Assembly: GCA_002269645.1 (NCBI GenBank) | Contig: NIVC01004134.1 | Location: 1-29,030 of the forward strand | Direction: 5' to 3' | Length of the DNA: 29,030 nt | Source of the DNA: Macrostomum lignano | Taxonomy: Eukaryota | Shown: positions 1 through 10,599 of the stretch, piece by piece | How the letters are laid out: the number at the start of each line of letters is the position of its first letter | How positions within the stretch are numbered: the first letter of the stretch is position 1 | Program-made: the position numbers and the translations under genes | Notes under the pieces: generated by a model | Database searches by the model: none | Seen by the model: only the letters and a program-made list of their open reading frames with translations | Told to the model about the DNA's origin: nothing

Positions 1-310
1 CAGCTGTTTAGCAGAGTACAAATACTTGGCTATACTAGCGGGACTATCGTCAGGTATGAGATCGTTTCTCAAGCATGAAAGCTATGCCCTCCTGCGGCTT
101 TGTGTTGAATTTGAACTTCGCTCGAGACGCTAATTGTTCTTTAGGATCTTTTTTCTCCTCAGGTGTTAGGTAGATACTAATATTCTTCAGCTCGTATTCG
201 TACTTGTCAATGTCCGACTGCAATCGTTGGATCTCAAGCACCAGCTGCTCCTTCTCTTTCTGGATAGCGGCTAAACTCGCCGCCTTGCCACCGCTCATTT
301 CGGGGGACAT
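1..310 (-). CDS. CYTH: Cytohesin-family Arf guanine-nucleotide exchange factor (ARNO/GRP1/Steppke-like), N-terminal coiled coil and start of Sec7 domain; partial, continues beyond position 1; one apparent +1 frameshift at 65-67
   Basis: Translation LAAIQKEKEQLVLEIQRLQSDIDKYEYEL...ASRAKFKFNTKPQEGIAFMLE matches from memory the cytohesin pattern ([22 protein letters not shown]...GRKKFNMDPKKGIQFLVEN). Removing one T from the TTT at 65-67 continues the frame as ENDLIPDDSPASIAKYLYSAKQL, matching Sec7 helix B ([22 protein letters not shown]). The start is ATG 310 or the upstream ATG 337. Confidence 0.85.
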
Positions 311-420
311 GAAAGTTACAGTTTGAATTCGATACATGCTACTCTTGGTTCACTTAGTAGTATGAGAAATATATTGTAGTTGCAGTGTGTAATTTGACAG
401 TAAATAAATGAAATTGGATT

Positions 421-770
421 GGTAATCTATATCAGCGGACTACTAAACAGAATGGATTACTAATCTATCACATGAACTACTAACAGAATGGATTGCTAAT
501 CCATCACATGAACTACTAACAGAATGGATTGCTAATCTATCACATGAACTACTAACAGAATGGATTGCTAATCTATCGCATGAACTACTAACAGAATGGA
601 TTGCTAATCTATTCCATGAACTACTTACAGAATGGATTGCTAATCTATCCCATGAACTACTTACAGAATGGATTGCTAATCTATCCCATGAACTACTTAC
701 AGAATGGATTGCCAATCTATCCCATGAACTACTTACAGAATGGATTTTTAATCTATCTCACAGGCTACTA
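421..770. repeat. 36-bp minisatellite, about 9 copies (unit ACTACTAACAGAATGGATTGCTAATCTATCACATGA)
   Basis: CAGAATGGAT recurs at 448, 484, 520 ... 736 with exact 36-bp spacing and no spacers. This explains the 12-aa repeat ORF 443..715. Confidence 0.97.
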
Positions 771-1337
771 ACGGAAATGATGACCCTAATGTAAAAACTT
801 CAAAAGCCGAAACAGTCGTAAGCAGAATGAAGTATGTATTATTGAAGTCTCAATAAAGTCTCAATTAAAGCAATATCTACAAAAATTTCAAAAATATTAG
901 CAACAATTTGCTATTACAAAAAATCATAACTGAAAAAATAATTATTGATAGCCTTGAGGGGTTTTTAACTAAAAAAAACTCACAATGGACGGTGCTAGTG
1001 CAAAGCAGTCAGGGACGGCACAACAAAAGTACAACTAAAGTCTTTGCTTAATTGAATCTAGGAATGTGGAAATTATGTCAAATCATTACGATCTCTGTAA
1101 TACTCGGCACAGCCTTATTTTACATATCGCAGACATCAATATAAAAAAAAATTCACAACAAAAAGGGGTACATTCCTTGTGCGTGTCAATTCAGAAGCAA
1201 TGACATTGTGTCAAGAATTATTACAAGCATTATCAAACCCAAAGCTTCTCATACTCAAGGCATGATGCAAGCAAGCTAATTCAACTGCGTACTAACCGCG
1301 ACCGACTCTGCTTAACTTACAGTAATAGTAAGTCAAA

Positions 1338-1985
1338 TTAAGCGTCAACTTTAACAAAAACTTTCGGCCTAGAAAATATTTTTATCGCCTCTTCTAATTC
1401 GGCCAATTTTCGTTCGATATCGCTTTTGATACAAACTAGCCGGACAGTGTCCGACCGGACAGGCAGGCGATTGAGTTCGGCCAGCAATAGCTGGTGATTC
1501 TCAGTCAGCAGTGCCAAGGTTTTCCGACGCTCCAAGTCGCTCAATCGGCGATGCCCCGGCGGCTGGTCGGGATCCGGCCGGGCCGCCACCTCCGCGGCGT
1601 GGGCCGCTTCGAACTCGCGACGTCGTCGAACTAGATAAGCCGGCAGCTCGCCGCGTCGATAGCCGCTAAGATCGTTGGCCGACTTCGACATCGCCGTAGC
1701 CGTACCGATCGACCAAGAGGTCGCCGCGAACCGCAGCAGCCGCTGCGTTGGCATTTGCTCTGACGTAGTTGACGCTGCGTCGGATTAGTCGAAGATCGTT
1801 GGCTGACGAGGCGCGCGGCACCGACACGCGGTCGAGCGGCGCCGTACGCCGGAACGGCGGCACCGGATGATCGTCGGCCTCCAAATCTGGGCCGGTTTTC
1901 TCGTGCGCGCGCAGATACTCGCGCTTAGGCGCGCGACGCTGCTGACGATGCGCAGCTGGCGACGCAGCTACAGCGGCGAGGACAT
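1338..1985 (-). CDS. ENKD1: Enkurin domain-containing protein 1-like (ciliary/centrosomal), about 215 aa, with two compensating apparent frameshifts
   Basis: The C-terminus PDPDQPPGHRRLSDLERRKTLALL...IERKLAELEEAIKIFSRPKVFVKVDA* matches ENKD1 (PDPAMPPGHTRM...LDRKLVQVEEAIKIFSRPKVFVKMDD*). An adjacent frame gives EYLRAHEKTGP and VNYVRANANAA, matching ENKD1 HFLRAHSRCGP and VDFIRHNARAA. ATG at 1985 (context CAACAATG) is in frame with the C-terminal part, and the middle lies in another frame (indels at about 1975 and about 1700-1760). Confidence 0.88.
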
Positions 1986-4582
1986 TGTTGGTGCGGAATA
2001 GAATTATTTAATAAACTGTTTAACGGGTTCAATGGCTGATCCAATTTTACCTGTAAAACAGTTTTAAGGGGATTTTATATTAATTTGATGCATTAATCTA
2101 CTTCACTTTTCTTTGCACACAAACACCATTTTGACACCAAACTGTAGAAGTGCAAGTCATAGTCTGGAAACCTAGTCTACAATAATTAGATTCTAAAACA
2201 ACAATAGCACAACGCTTTTTAGTTCATTTAAATATTAACTAAAATATTTATTTAGAATTATCATTTAGAAAGTTAGATATTTCTTTTTATGATTGGCATT
2301 GGAATTCTTTACCCTAAATAGAAGCTGAGGAATAACATTATTTTTGTGATAAAAACCCTGCAGGAATGTAACAATAAGAGTGATTCCTTGTCGAAGTTCT
2401 ATATATTTGCTATAAAAATGCCAAATAGAATCAACAAATGGAGTATTTTTTGCTTAAACAGACCAATATAAAAATATGATATGCAACTCATAAAGACTTA
2501 ATCCTACAAAAAAAGTTAACAATTTATAGATAATAAATACTCCAACAATTAAAAAGAAACAAAACATTATTAGGATCATATGCACAACCTTTAGATCTTC
2601 ACCAAGCCAAGGTGAACAGTTTTCCATAAAAGTGCAATATACTTGTATCTGTAGCCTTTTGCAACATAAGCTTTACTCAAAATGCAATCCAAATCCTTTA
2701 TTTCTGTGGCTTTAATTATTTAATGTTCTTTCTTTCTTTTTTTTTCTATCATTTATTAAAATGTTTTCCCTTTTCTTATATTTTTATATGATTTCTTCCT
2801 CCTTTATTTGCTTCACTTTCAATCTTTTGTCTACTCCTATAATTTAATAAATGAAGATAGAGCAAAGATATGCACAGAGCATATACATGAAGTTAAAATC
2901 ACAAAAATACTATGTGGAACAAAAGTATATACCTATCATTCTTGCATACCAGACCCAACAGTTTTTATATTACTAAAATTTTCCTATTGATTGCTATTCT
3001 ATGAAAATTAAGATAAAGGGTGGCTTAAAATTGAAAAATTAAAAAATTCTAAAGTATGGTTTCTTTGATAGATAGATAGATAATATCTAAAACATTTGGG
3101 AACTATGAGCTTTTTAAAAAAGGTAAAGACATTTTTGCTAAAAGTCAATGCTAATTTAAAAACAAAGCTAGCTACGAGCATGTTTATGAAAAGCCAAACT
3201 AGTTTTACTATATTTAATCATTATAAGTGAATTTTGTTTTGGTTAAAAAAGTTTAGAAACATACAAGTATAATAATAGATATGTTAGATATAATAAAGTA
3301 GCAAAATTTATATGTGTAGCTGCTAATCAACCTAGCCAATCTTGACAAAATTGTAGAATTGTGGGAGACCAAGATATGTAGGTCAAAACTGATAGCCAAA
3401 ATTGAAAGAGGCAAGCTAGCAAAGAAACAAAAAGAAAAAAGTAATATAAAATAGTAAATGGAATCTAAGAAAATAAAAAAGAAAAAAAGTTGTGAAAGAA
3501 CCAACAAAGTTATACTAAGGATTAGTTCATTTATTAATTGGACATAATTAATATAAACTTAAAGGTTATGCATTTGTAAGTATATCTAGCAAATGTCTAG
3601 ATAAAAGCTTGGCCTATTTCATAGATACCTAGTTCATTTTAACCTTATAATATAGCACAATAAAAATTTATTTTTGATAATGCTTAACTAGATTTTTATT
3701 GGCTATTAGTAATATACAGATTATTTAGTTGAATTTTTAAACAAGGCCTTAGATTTGGAATAATATAAGAATCTAATCCTAATATCTTATCCTAAGATAA
3801 GAAGAATAAGATAAGACCCCTTTTTAGTGGAACATTACCACAAGCCCTAAGAATATTTTGTTGATAGTCATTATAACCTATATACTATAAATGTTTCAAT
3901 TATACTTTCAAATAATATTTTGAAAAACTCATTGCATTTTAATGTTTATTTATAAATAAATATAAATATATCACTCCAAATTGGCCAAACAAGTAAGAAT
4001 ATTTTGCAAAAGCCAATTCTTTTATTACCATTACCAATACTAGGCCTACTAGCTACTATTATATAGTAGCATTATAAATATCATATTACAAAAAAGCTTT
4101 AAGTTATATTTATTATATAAGGCTATAAAATATACCAATATACTTGTTTATACATATTTAATAAATAACCAACCCAGTTAGTCAAGCTAATAACAATGTT
4201 AATAGTAATAATAGTCCAAATATAAAATTTATAGCTTTTTTATTATTTTTGACAATTTGGATCAATAGGTCTAATAAATTGAAAACCTTTAACCTAAAAA
4301 TCATTTAATACAGTGTAAATATTTATATAATGTATTTATATAATATGTTCTATATATATAATGAGAATTATATAATATTAAAATAGGGTACTGTCATTTA
4401 AACTTTATTTTTAGGCGCCCTTTAACCCCTTGAGCTCTAAGCTTAACTAGCAACACAGTTGCTTTCAAATACAAGTTGAAAGATTAAAATAAAAGTTTTA
4501 CTTTTGTTTTTAAATAGGCCAGGCAGCTGGCTGGCTATATTTCTAGAACCAATCTAAATCACATTTTCTCGTCAAAAACAAT

Positions 4583-4608
4583 TATATATATATATATATA
4601 TATATATA
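4583..4608. repeat. (TA)n microsatellite
   Basis: About 13 TA units read directly. Confidence 0.95.
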
Positions 4609-5447
4609 AATATGTGTATATTTTTATATGTAGAGATTAGCAATCTAATGCCTCCCTTTGGGATGTGCAATAAGCAATGAGCAAAAATTATTGATGCAAT
4701 TCCATTATAAAGCACATTTTTGTAAGAACCAATTCCTTCTTCAGTTTTACAAATCACCTTATTTGAGTAAAATTGTTATAGACAAATGTGTTTGCTAAGA
4801 ATCTCTTTTTTTGCTAAGAATGCAAATGCCCCCTCTCCCTGTCTGCAATCTCTTTATTTCTAGCCTAAATTGGCTAGGGTGGGTAGGGTCTGGACTTTAC
4901 AATGGTATGATCTTGCAAGGCTAGTTGAACTGCCAGGGCCAACCCCTCTCAAGGTTATCTGTGACTTATTGTTTTTCACACTTAAACAATTAGTGATTTA
5001 GTTAGTTATTTAGTATATGGATTTATCTAGTTTATCTGGACTTGTTATTGTTTACTTTATTTTCTCTTCTTCTCTATCTAGTTTAGTCTTATTATTCTTT
5101 TTTTCTCTCTGTACCTACCTTCTGATTGGCTCTATAATCTCACCAATCTTCTCAGTTGCACATTCTACTATACCTCCTAATTCTTACTTGTAATCAACCA
5201 CAACTGGTTTTGATTCAACCTCCCTAGGGCTAGCTTGATTTAATCTACTTACCTAACATAATGCTCTTGCCCTTTCTCTCTAAGTCTATTAGCATAAGCA
5301 TAACCCCTCAACCTTACATGGCTTAGCCCCAACCATCCAGCCACTGCTGTCATTTTCTCTTGCTTAGCTCCATTTGTCCACCTCAGCCTATATGGCTAAT
5401 CCCTACCTGTCCATTATATGACAGGGCCAATAGGGTTAGGCTAGCAC

Positions 5448-5713
5448 CATACATGTGCAACCCCCCTGATTTACACTGGCCATGCGACTTACTTTTTGAC
5501 CAAAAATGCAACTTACCTGTAAAAGAAACCTTAATGCAATTTTGGGTAAACGGCAGGAGTAACTATTACTGTCTTATTAGGGCTAAATGCCTTGTCATCT
5601 AATTAGTACTCCATCTGTATTCTTTAGGTTGGGCATTTTTGCGACTTACCACTGGTCTACCACAATTTACGGTGGCCAGATTGGCCAGGTCGGCCAGCAG
5701 TTGCGCATGTATG
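5448..5713. mobile_element. hAT-type MITE, copy 1 (266 bp)
   Basis: 14-bp TIRs CATACATGTGCAAC / GTTGCGCATGTATG, flanked by a perfect 8-bp direct repeat GCTAGCAC (5440-5447, 5714-5721). It aligns along its length with 9610-9907 in the opposite orientation. An 8-bp TSD is typical of hAT. Confidence 0.9.
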
Positions 5714-6067
5714 GCTAGCACCAATCTACCCTAGAAAATTTTGCTATATATTGTAGATTCTTACTCTATGCCAACTTAAGATATTAAACTACCACATTTC
5801 TATTATTAACTAGATTTAAAAAAATGCTTGCAAATCAATATATTAAAAATGGTTTATATCTGTGTGCATATGTGTATGATCAATTTAAAAAATGGCTCAA
5901 TGGATTTTCTTATAACTTGCACTGTTTGATCAGTTTGACTGTTTGATAGCTTGCAAATCGATATAACTAAATCAAATCCACTCAAGTTCTAAATGAAATT
6001 CATAATTGTCCAGTATTGCCATGGCAATCAGTGCCACCGGCGCCATCCCTAGAAATGTAAGTATGAT

Positions 6068-6400
6068 ATACATTGTTAGTTACTACTTTATCATTTAATA
6101 CCCTCCTAAAATTTGTTTTCTGTTTCTTCTTGACTTCTTGACTCAAGAAGTTAACAAACCAAGCATATATTCTTAGGCAATGGTATTCTTCGGAACCAGA
6201 ATCTCTCTTTTATTTGGGGCTTGTTACTTTATTATTTTAGTCTAGGCATTTTAATACATTGTTGGTTACTATTTTATCATTTAATCCCCCCTAGAATTTT
6301 TTCTTTTTTCTCAACTCTTAGAAACAAAAACCAATTGTACATATGTTATTCTAAGGAATCAAAATCTCATTTTAATTCCAGGCTTACATACTAATCAAAT
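6068..6400. repeat. Degenerate local direct duplication, about 186-bp period, two copies
   Basis: ATACATTGTTAGTTACTACTTTATCATTTAATACCCTCCTAAAATTT (6068) versus ATACATTGTTGGTTACTATTTTATCATTTAATCCCCCCTAGAATTT (6254), with weaker similarity continuing (GGAACCAGAATCTC / GGAATCAAAATCTC). Confidence 0.7.
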
Positions 6401-6540
6401 ATGCTTCTGTAGAATTTTAAAATTAACAATTTAACTATCTTTGCTTAATTTTATAGCTATAGCGTGCTACTTCTGCAGGGATCAGAAGCATAAAGCTGTA
6501 AAGCAACACAGTGCAATGCACTCAAACAATATGTGGCATA

Positions 6541-6602
6541 TCAGCAGCAACAGCAGCAGAAATAGCAGGAACAACAGCAAAAGCAACAGCAATAATAGCA
6601 AC
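6541..6602. repeat. Degenerate (CAG/CAA)n simple repeat
   Basis: CAGCAGCAACAGCAGCAG...AACAACAGC...AATAATAGCAAC; accounts for the Asn/Ser-rich ORF 6441..6725. Confidence 0.6.
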
Positions 6603-7465
6603 GAGACAATGGCGGCAAAAAGATTACTAACTAACTATTTTACAAACATTACTACTAATATCTACTTTACTTTACTAATGACATCTTTACTATTAAATGT
6701 TAACAACAAATTTAAAAAAAAATAAATCGGACCTAATTGGACCTTGATTTAAAAAAATCACTGCTTTGAACTTTGCTAAACAGAGTATGCATTATCTTAG
6801 GAGTTTACTCATCAAGAGCAATAATCATTTACTCATCAAATGAAACAAAACAATTTTGCAAAAAATGCAGCAAGGTATTGAATCTACAATGTAATCACTA
6901 TTAAATAATTTAATTTAGTTTCAGTTTTTAAGTGGCCTTGGCCCAGCCATTGAGCCATAGTTAGGCTACTATTACTATTACCACTACTAGCTTTTTCATT
7001 TGAATTAATATAGAAAGGTGCAGTCATTTGGTGGAAACTAATAGAACAAATAAAATTAAATCTTACTACATGCACTTAAAGTAAAACAATGCAACCTGCA
7101 ATTACCAAGTTGATCATGCATACAAACATGTACATTTAAAGTAATCTAACTAACAAAAAGATCAGAATGGTGGAGAATAAATATATAATAAAAATTTTCT
7201 ACTTGAAATTTATACAAAGCAACTTTTTTAAATGCTTTAGAGTCCCAAATTAGGGAGATAAGAGAGCAGTCTCCTGTAAAGATCTTTCTCTCTTTTCTCT
7301 GTAAAACTGCTTATAAAATGGTTAAGGTAGCTTTTTATAATAGGAAAATCTAATCTTATAATCAATGCAAATGTACAAAACATTGCAAGTGCAAGCTTCT
7401 TGAAGTCAGTAGCATTGGATTCAGTCAGTCTACTATTAGTCTCAATTATTACAAGTTTTTATAAG

Positions 7466-7632
7466 GTTTAACAAGCTCAATAATCATTCGTTTATCAAGC
7501 ATAGTTATCCTAGTTTATTAAATGCAGTACTCCTTGGTTTATTAAGTGCAATAATCTTTAATTTATCAAGCACACTAATCCTTTGTTTATCAAGTGCAAT
7601 AATCATTTGGCTTATCAAATGCAGTAATCCAC
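7466..7632. repeat. Degenerate 24-bp tandem repeat, about 7 copies (consensus about GTTTATCAAGTGCAATAATCATTT)
   Basis: Successive 23-24-nt units beginning GTTTA(A/T)(C/T)AA were delineated by eye. Confidence 0.75.
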
Positions 7633-9276
7633 TTTCAATAAAAAATTATATTACTTTTATGTACATATATATAATCTAGAAAAAATTCTGATTGTATACA
7701 TGGTAGCCAGATGGCAAGATGCTCAAGTGCCAAACATTTCAATACTAAGACAATTCAATGCTTTGAACTTCTAAGATAATTAGTACCAGAGCCATAGTCT
7801 ATATCATGCTAGGTATACACCCAAACAAAAATTGAATAATTACAAATTCAGACTGAAAAAAATTGAGTGTATGCCAATTTTTAAAACTATGCCAGTATTG
7901 CAACAATTAATGACATTTTTATACTGTGGCAATAAATGACCTTTTTTGATGATAATATTGATAGTGGAAAATTGATACATGCAAAGATTAAATATTTTAT
8001 TAAAGTTTATGCTTTAAATAAACCCTTGTGGTAGTGCAAACTCCCACTGAAGTTTTATTATTTTAAATTTTCTAATCACATATTATGGACTAACAGTGGA
8101 CTTTCTCATTTTGCTATTGCCCCATTTGCAGCCCTATCTGCCTACCCTGTGGCACAGTTCTATGATATATTTTTCAGTCCCCATTCTGGCCTACCTGCCC
8201 CTTTTTGGCCTTGCATGTCCCTTTTTCTGTTTCTATTCTTTTCTCTCAGTATTTTCTATAGAAACTTTTGCTTGACAAGTTCTGGACCCAGTGTCTATGC
8301 CCTATCCCCATTTTCTGAACCACTTTGCCTAACTGCTCCCCCTTTTTATATTTATTTGGCCTCATTTGGCCCAATTCTGAAAAGCTCTTTTTCTTTTTCC
8401 TGCTTTCTTCTACTATTTTTTCAAATTTTGCTTAACTTTACTAGTGCTCCATGGAGTAGACCCTAATACACTAATTGCGACTAGCTAATTTCTTTGCTTA
8501 GAATCATCTGATCTTTAACTTAGAGCCTCACATAGTGGCTTCCATGGCATCATTTATCGTCAAGTCAACCTAAACATACCAACTGTGCACGCCTACTTTT
8601 GTTGGTATACAAGGTCAATACATGCTCCAAAGTATGGTACTAGAGCAAATAGAAGCAAAGCTAAAGGGAAAATAAAAGGTTATAATATGAAAGCTAAAAT
8701 GTTATAGAATTCTAAGTTTTTTTCCTTAACCAATAATATAGTTTTGTTGGAGTTTGACTTTAGATTTCAAAATTCATGCAAAAATAGTTCTGGCAAATTT
8801 ATTGGAATTCAGGGGGTTTAAAATCTATAGGTTAAAAATCTATACAATGATAGCTAGGTTTCAATAGATTGTAAAAAATAAATATCAAATGAAAACTATT
8901 TGCCTTTATTAGGCCTTATCTTATATGTATCTTTTTAGTACTAGGGCCTATTATTATTAAGAAGCCAATTTATAATAGTCTTTGTCTTTAAATTTTAAGT
9001 GTATAATAAATATATGTATAATAAATATACTAGCTACTCAATGATAACAATAGGCAGTTGTTATTTGTCCGGTGACCAGACGAATAGCGATATGGTTATT
9101 TGTCCGGTTACTGGATCCTGACCATGCTTTTCTATTCATCCAGTTAAATTGATAATGCTAAAATATCTAGTTCATAAAAACCACAAGGGTAAATATTCTT
9201 AGACTTTAAAGACTTCTTACTTGTATCTTGACTATTATATTGTTATACTAGTGTGTGTTTTATACACCAAATTATG

Positions 9277-9980
9277 ATGTATGAAACATTTGCCGACACT
9301 TATTCAGACACTTCTATAGACACTTTAGTTTCTGTTGTATGAATCATAGGAACAAGCATTAAATTTGTTTATTCCTAACAAACTATCAGTAAACTGCTTT
9401 ATTGTAAGCTTTTTTTGCTTTATTTTATTAAATATGAATCATGAAATTTGTTATTTTGCATAGATTCTTTTCATGTGAAGAAGAATGTTAAATTTGTCCA
9501 GGACACTTCCTAATTCATATTTAATAAAATAAAGCAAAAAAGCTTAAAATAAAGCAGTTTACTGATAGTTTGTTAGGAATAAACAAATTTAATGCTTGTT
9601 CCTACAATTCATACATGCGCAACAGTCGGCCGAGTCGGCCGATCCGGCCGACCGATTTGGCGGCCAATCAAGGAAGTCGCAAAAATGCCCACCCAAAAAA
9701 TAACCTGAAGAGTAGTACTAAGTAGCTGACGAGGCATTTTAGCTTAATAAAACAGTCATAGTTACTCCTGCCGTTTACCCAAAGTTGCATTAATTTTGCT
9801 TTCAGGTTTTTTTATATGTAAGTCGCATTTTTGGCCAAAAACTATGTCGCATTTTTGTTAAAACTAAGTCGCACGGCTGACCGAATTTTGGAGGTTGCAC
9901 ATGTATGCTACAATTCATACGACAGAAACTAAAGTGTCTATAGAAGTGTCTGAATAAGTGTCGGTGAATGTTTAATACGT
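9277..9980. mobile_element. Foldback-type element with about 160-bp inverted arms, inserted in the 9053-10163 element and itself interrupted by a MITE
   Basis: The left arm 9277-9439 is the near-perfect reverse complement of 9513-9609 + 9916-9980, around a 73-bp loop. Direct repeat CAAATTATG at 9268-9276 and 9981-9989. Triple GACACTT subterminal repeats. Confidence 0.8.
9610..9907. mobile_element. hAT-type MITE, copy 2 (298 bp)
   Basis: TIRs CATACATGCGCAAC / GTTGCACATGTATG; perfect 8-bp TSD CTACAATT (9602-9609, 9908-9915); homologous to 5448-5713. Confidence 0.92.
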
Positions 9981-10203
9981 CAAATTATGCCGAATTGAAT
10001 AATATACTGCTTTGCTTAACACTCTAATATACAAGAAAATATTAATCAGTATACGAGAATAGGTCTATTCATCACGAAACAAATAAGATACTTGTGTTAG
10101 CAATTTAACCGGACAAATAGCAAAAAGGCTATTCGTCTGGTCACCAGACAAATAACAACTGCCATAACAATATTGGGTATATCATCATGAGGCCTAGTAG
10201 TAT

Positions 10204-10599
10204 TTTTTTATTTTTTTATTAGAGGCAGGGGGTTATGTGTACCCTCGCACACTTTAAGAGACATAGGCACACAAGCAGTGAGAGGCATTACTGCCTATTC
10301 CACTGACTCCCCTGAGCAGGCATATAAGCGCGCGGATACGTACGCAGGCACACACTCACACAGGAGTATATAGCAGCCCTAACTTTATATTATCATTAGG
10401 CATGTATATTTCACTATACCTTGGCGGGTTGGCCCTCCCTCAAGGCTGTTAGGCTTAATTGCACAAGCAGAGCCAAGCCGAGATTCCAATTTAGCCCCAA
10501 ATTATTATGACTACACTTGGAATTGAGCCTGAGTTGCTGCCCTCTTGCTGGCACACCAGAGCAGCTGTGCTAGGCCTATTGCTGGGCTATGGCCCCCTT
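10204..10599 (-). mobile_element. Decayed tRNA-derived SINE-like element with A-rich tail
   Basis: The minus strand begins with degenerate A-box (TAGCCCAGCAATAGG) and B-box (GGCTCAATTCC) like motifs and ends in AATAAAAAAATAAAAAAA. It is flanked by GGCCTAGT(T)AGTAT at 10191-10203 and 10600-10613 (candidate TSD). Confidence 0.4.

Larger units (their letters stand above)
9053..10163. mobile_element. Non-autonomous TIR transposon (Mutator-like by 9-bp TSD and G termini); outer element of a nested stack
   Basis: TIR GGCAGTTGTTATTTGTCCGGTGACCAGACGAATAGC (9053-9088) versus its inverse at 10128-10163 with 1 mismatch, extending to about 59 bp with the subrepeat TATTTGTCCGGT. Perfect 9-bp TSD ATAACAATA at 9044-9052 and 10164-10172. 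Confidence 0.85.

Noticed and set aside
443-760. 36-bp repeats as a CRISPR array, or ORF 443..715 as a protein
   Set aside because: Units are head-to-tail with no unique spacers, the context is eukaryotic with no cas genes, and the ORF is a by-product of a stop-free repeat unit.
7781-8646. tRNA-Met primer-binding-site-like strings (TAGTACCAGAGCC about 7781; TGGTACTAGAGC about 8635) suggesting LTR retrotransposon remnants
   Set aside because: Each has two mismatches to TGGTATCAGAGC, and no adjacent TG..CA LTR or gag/pol similarity was seen.
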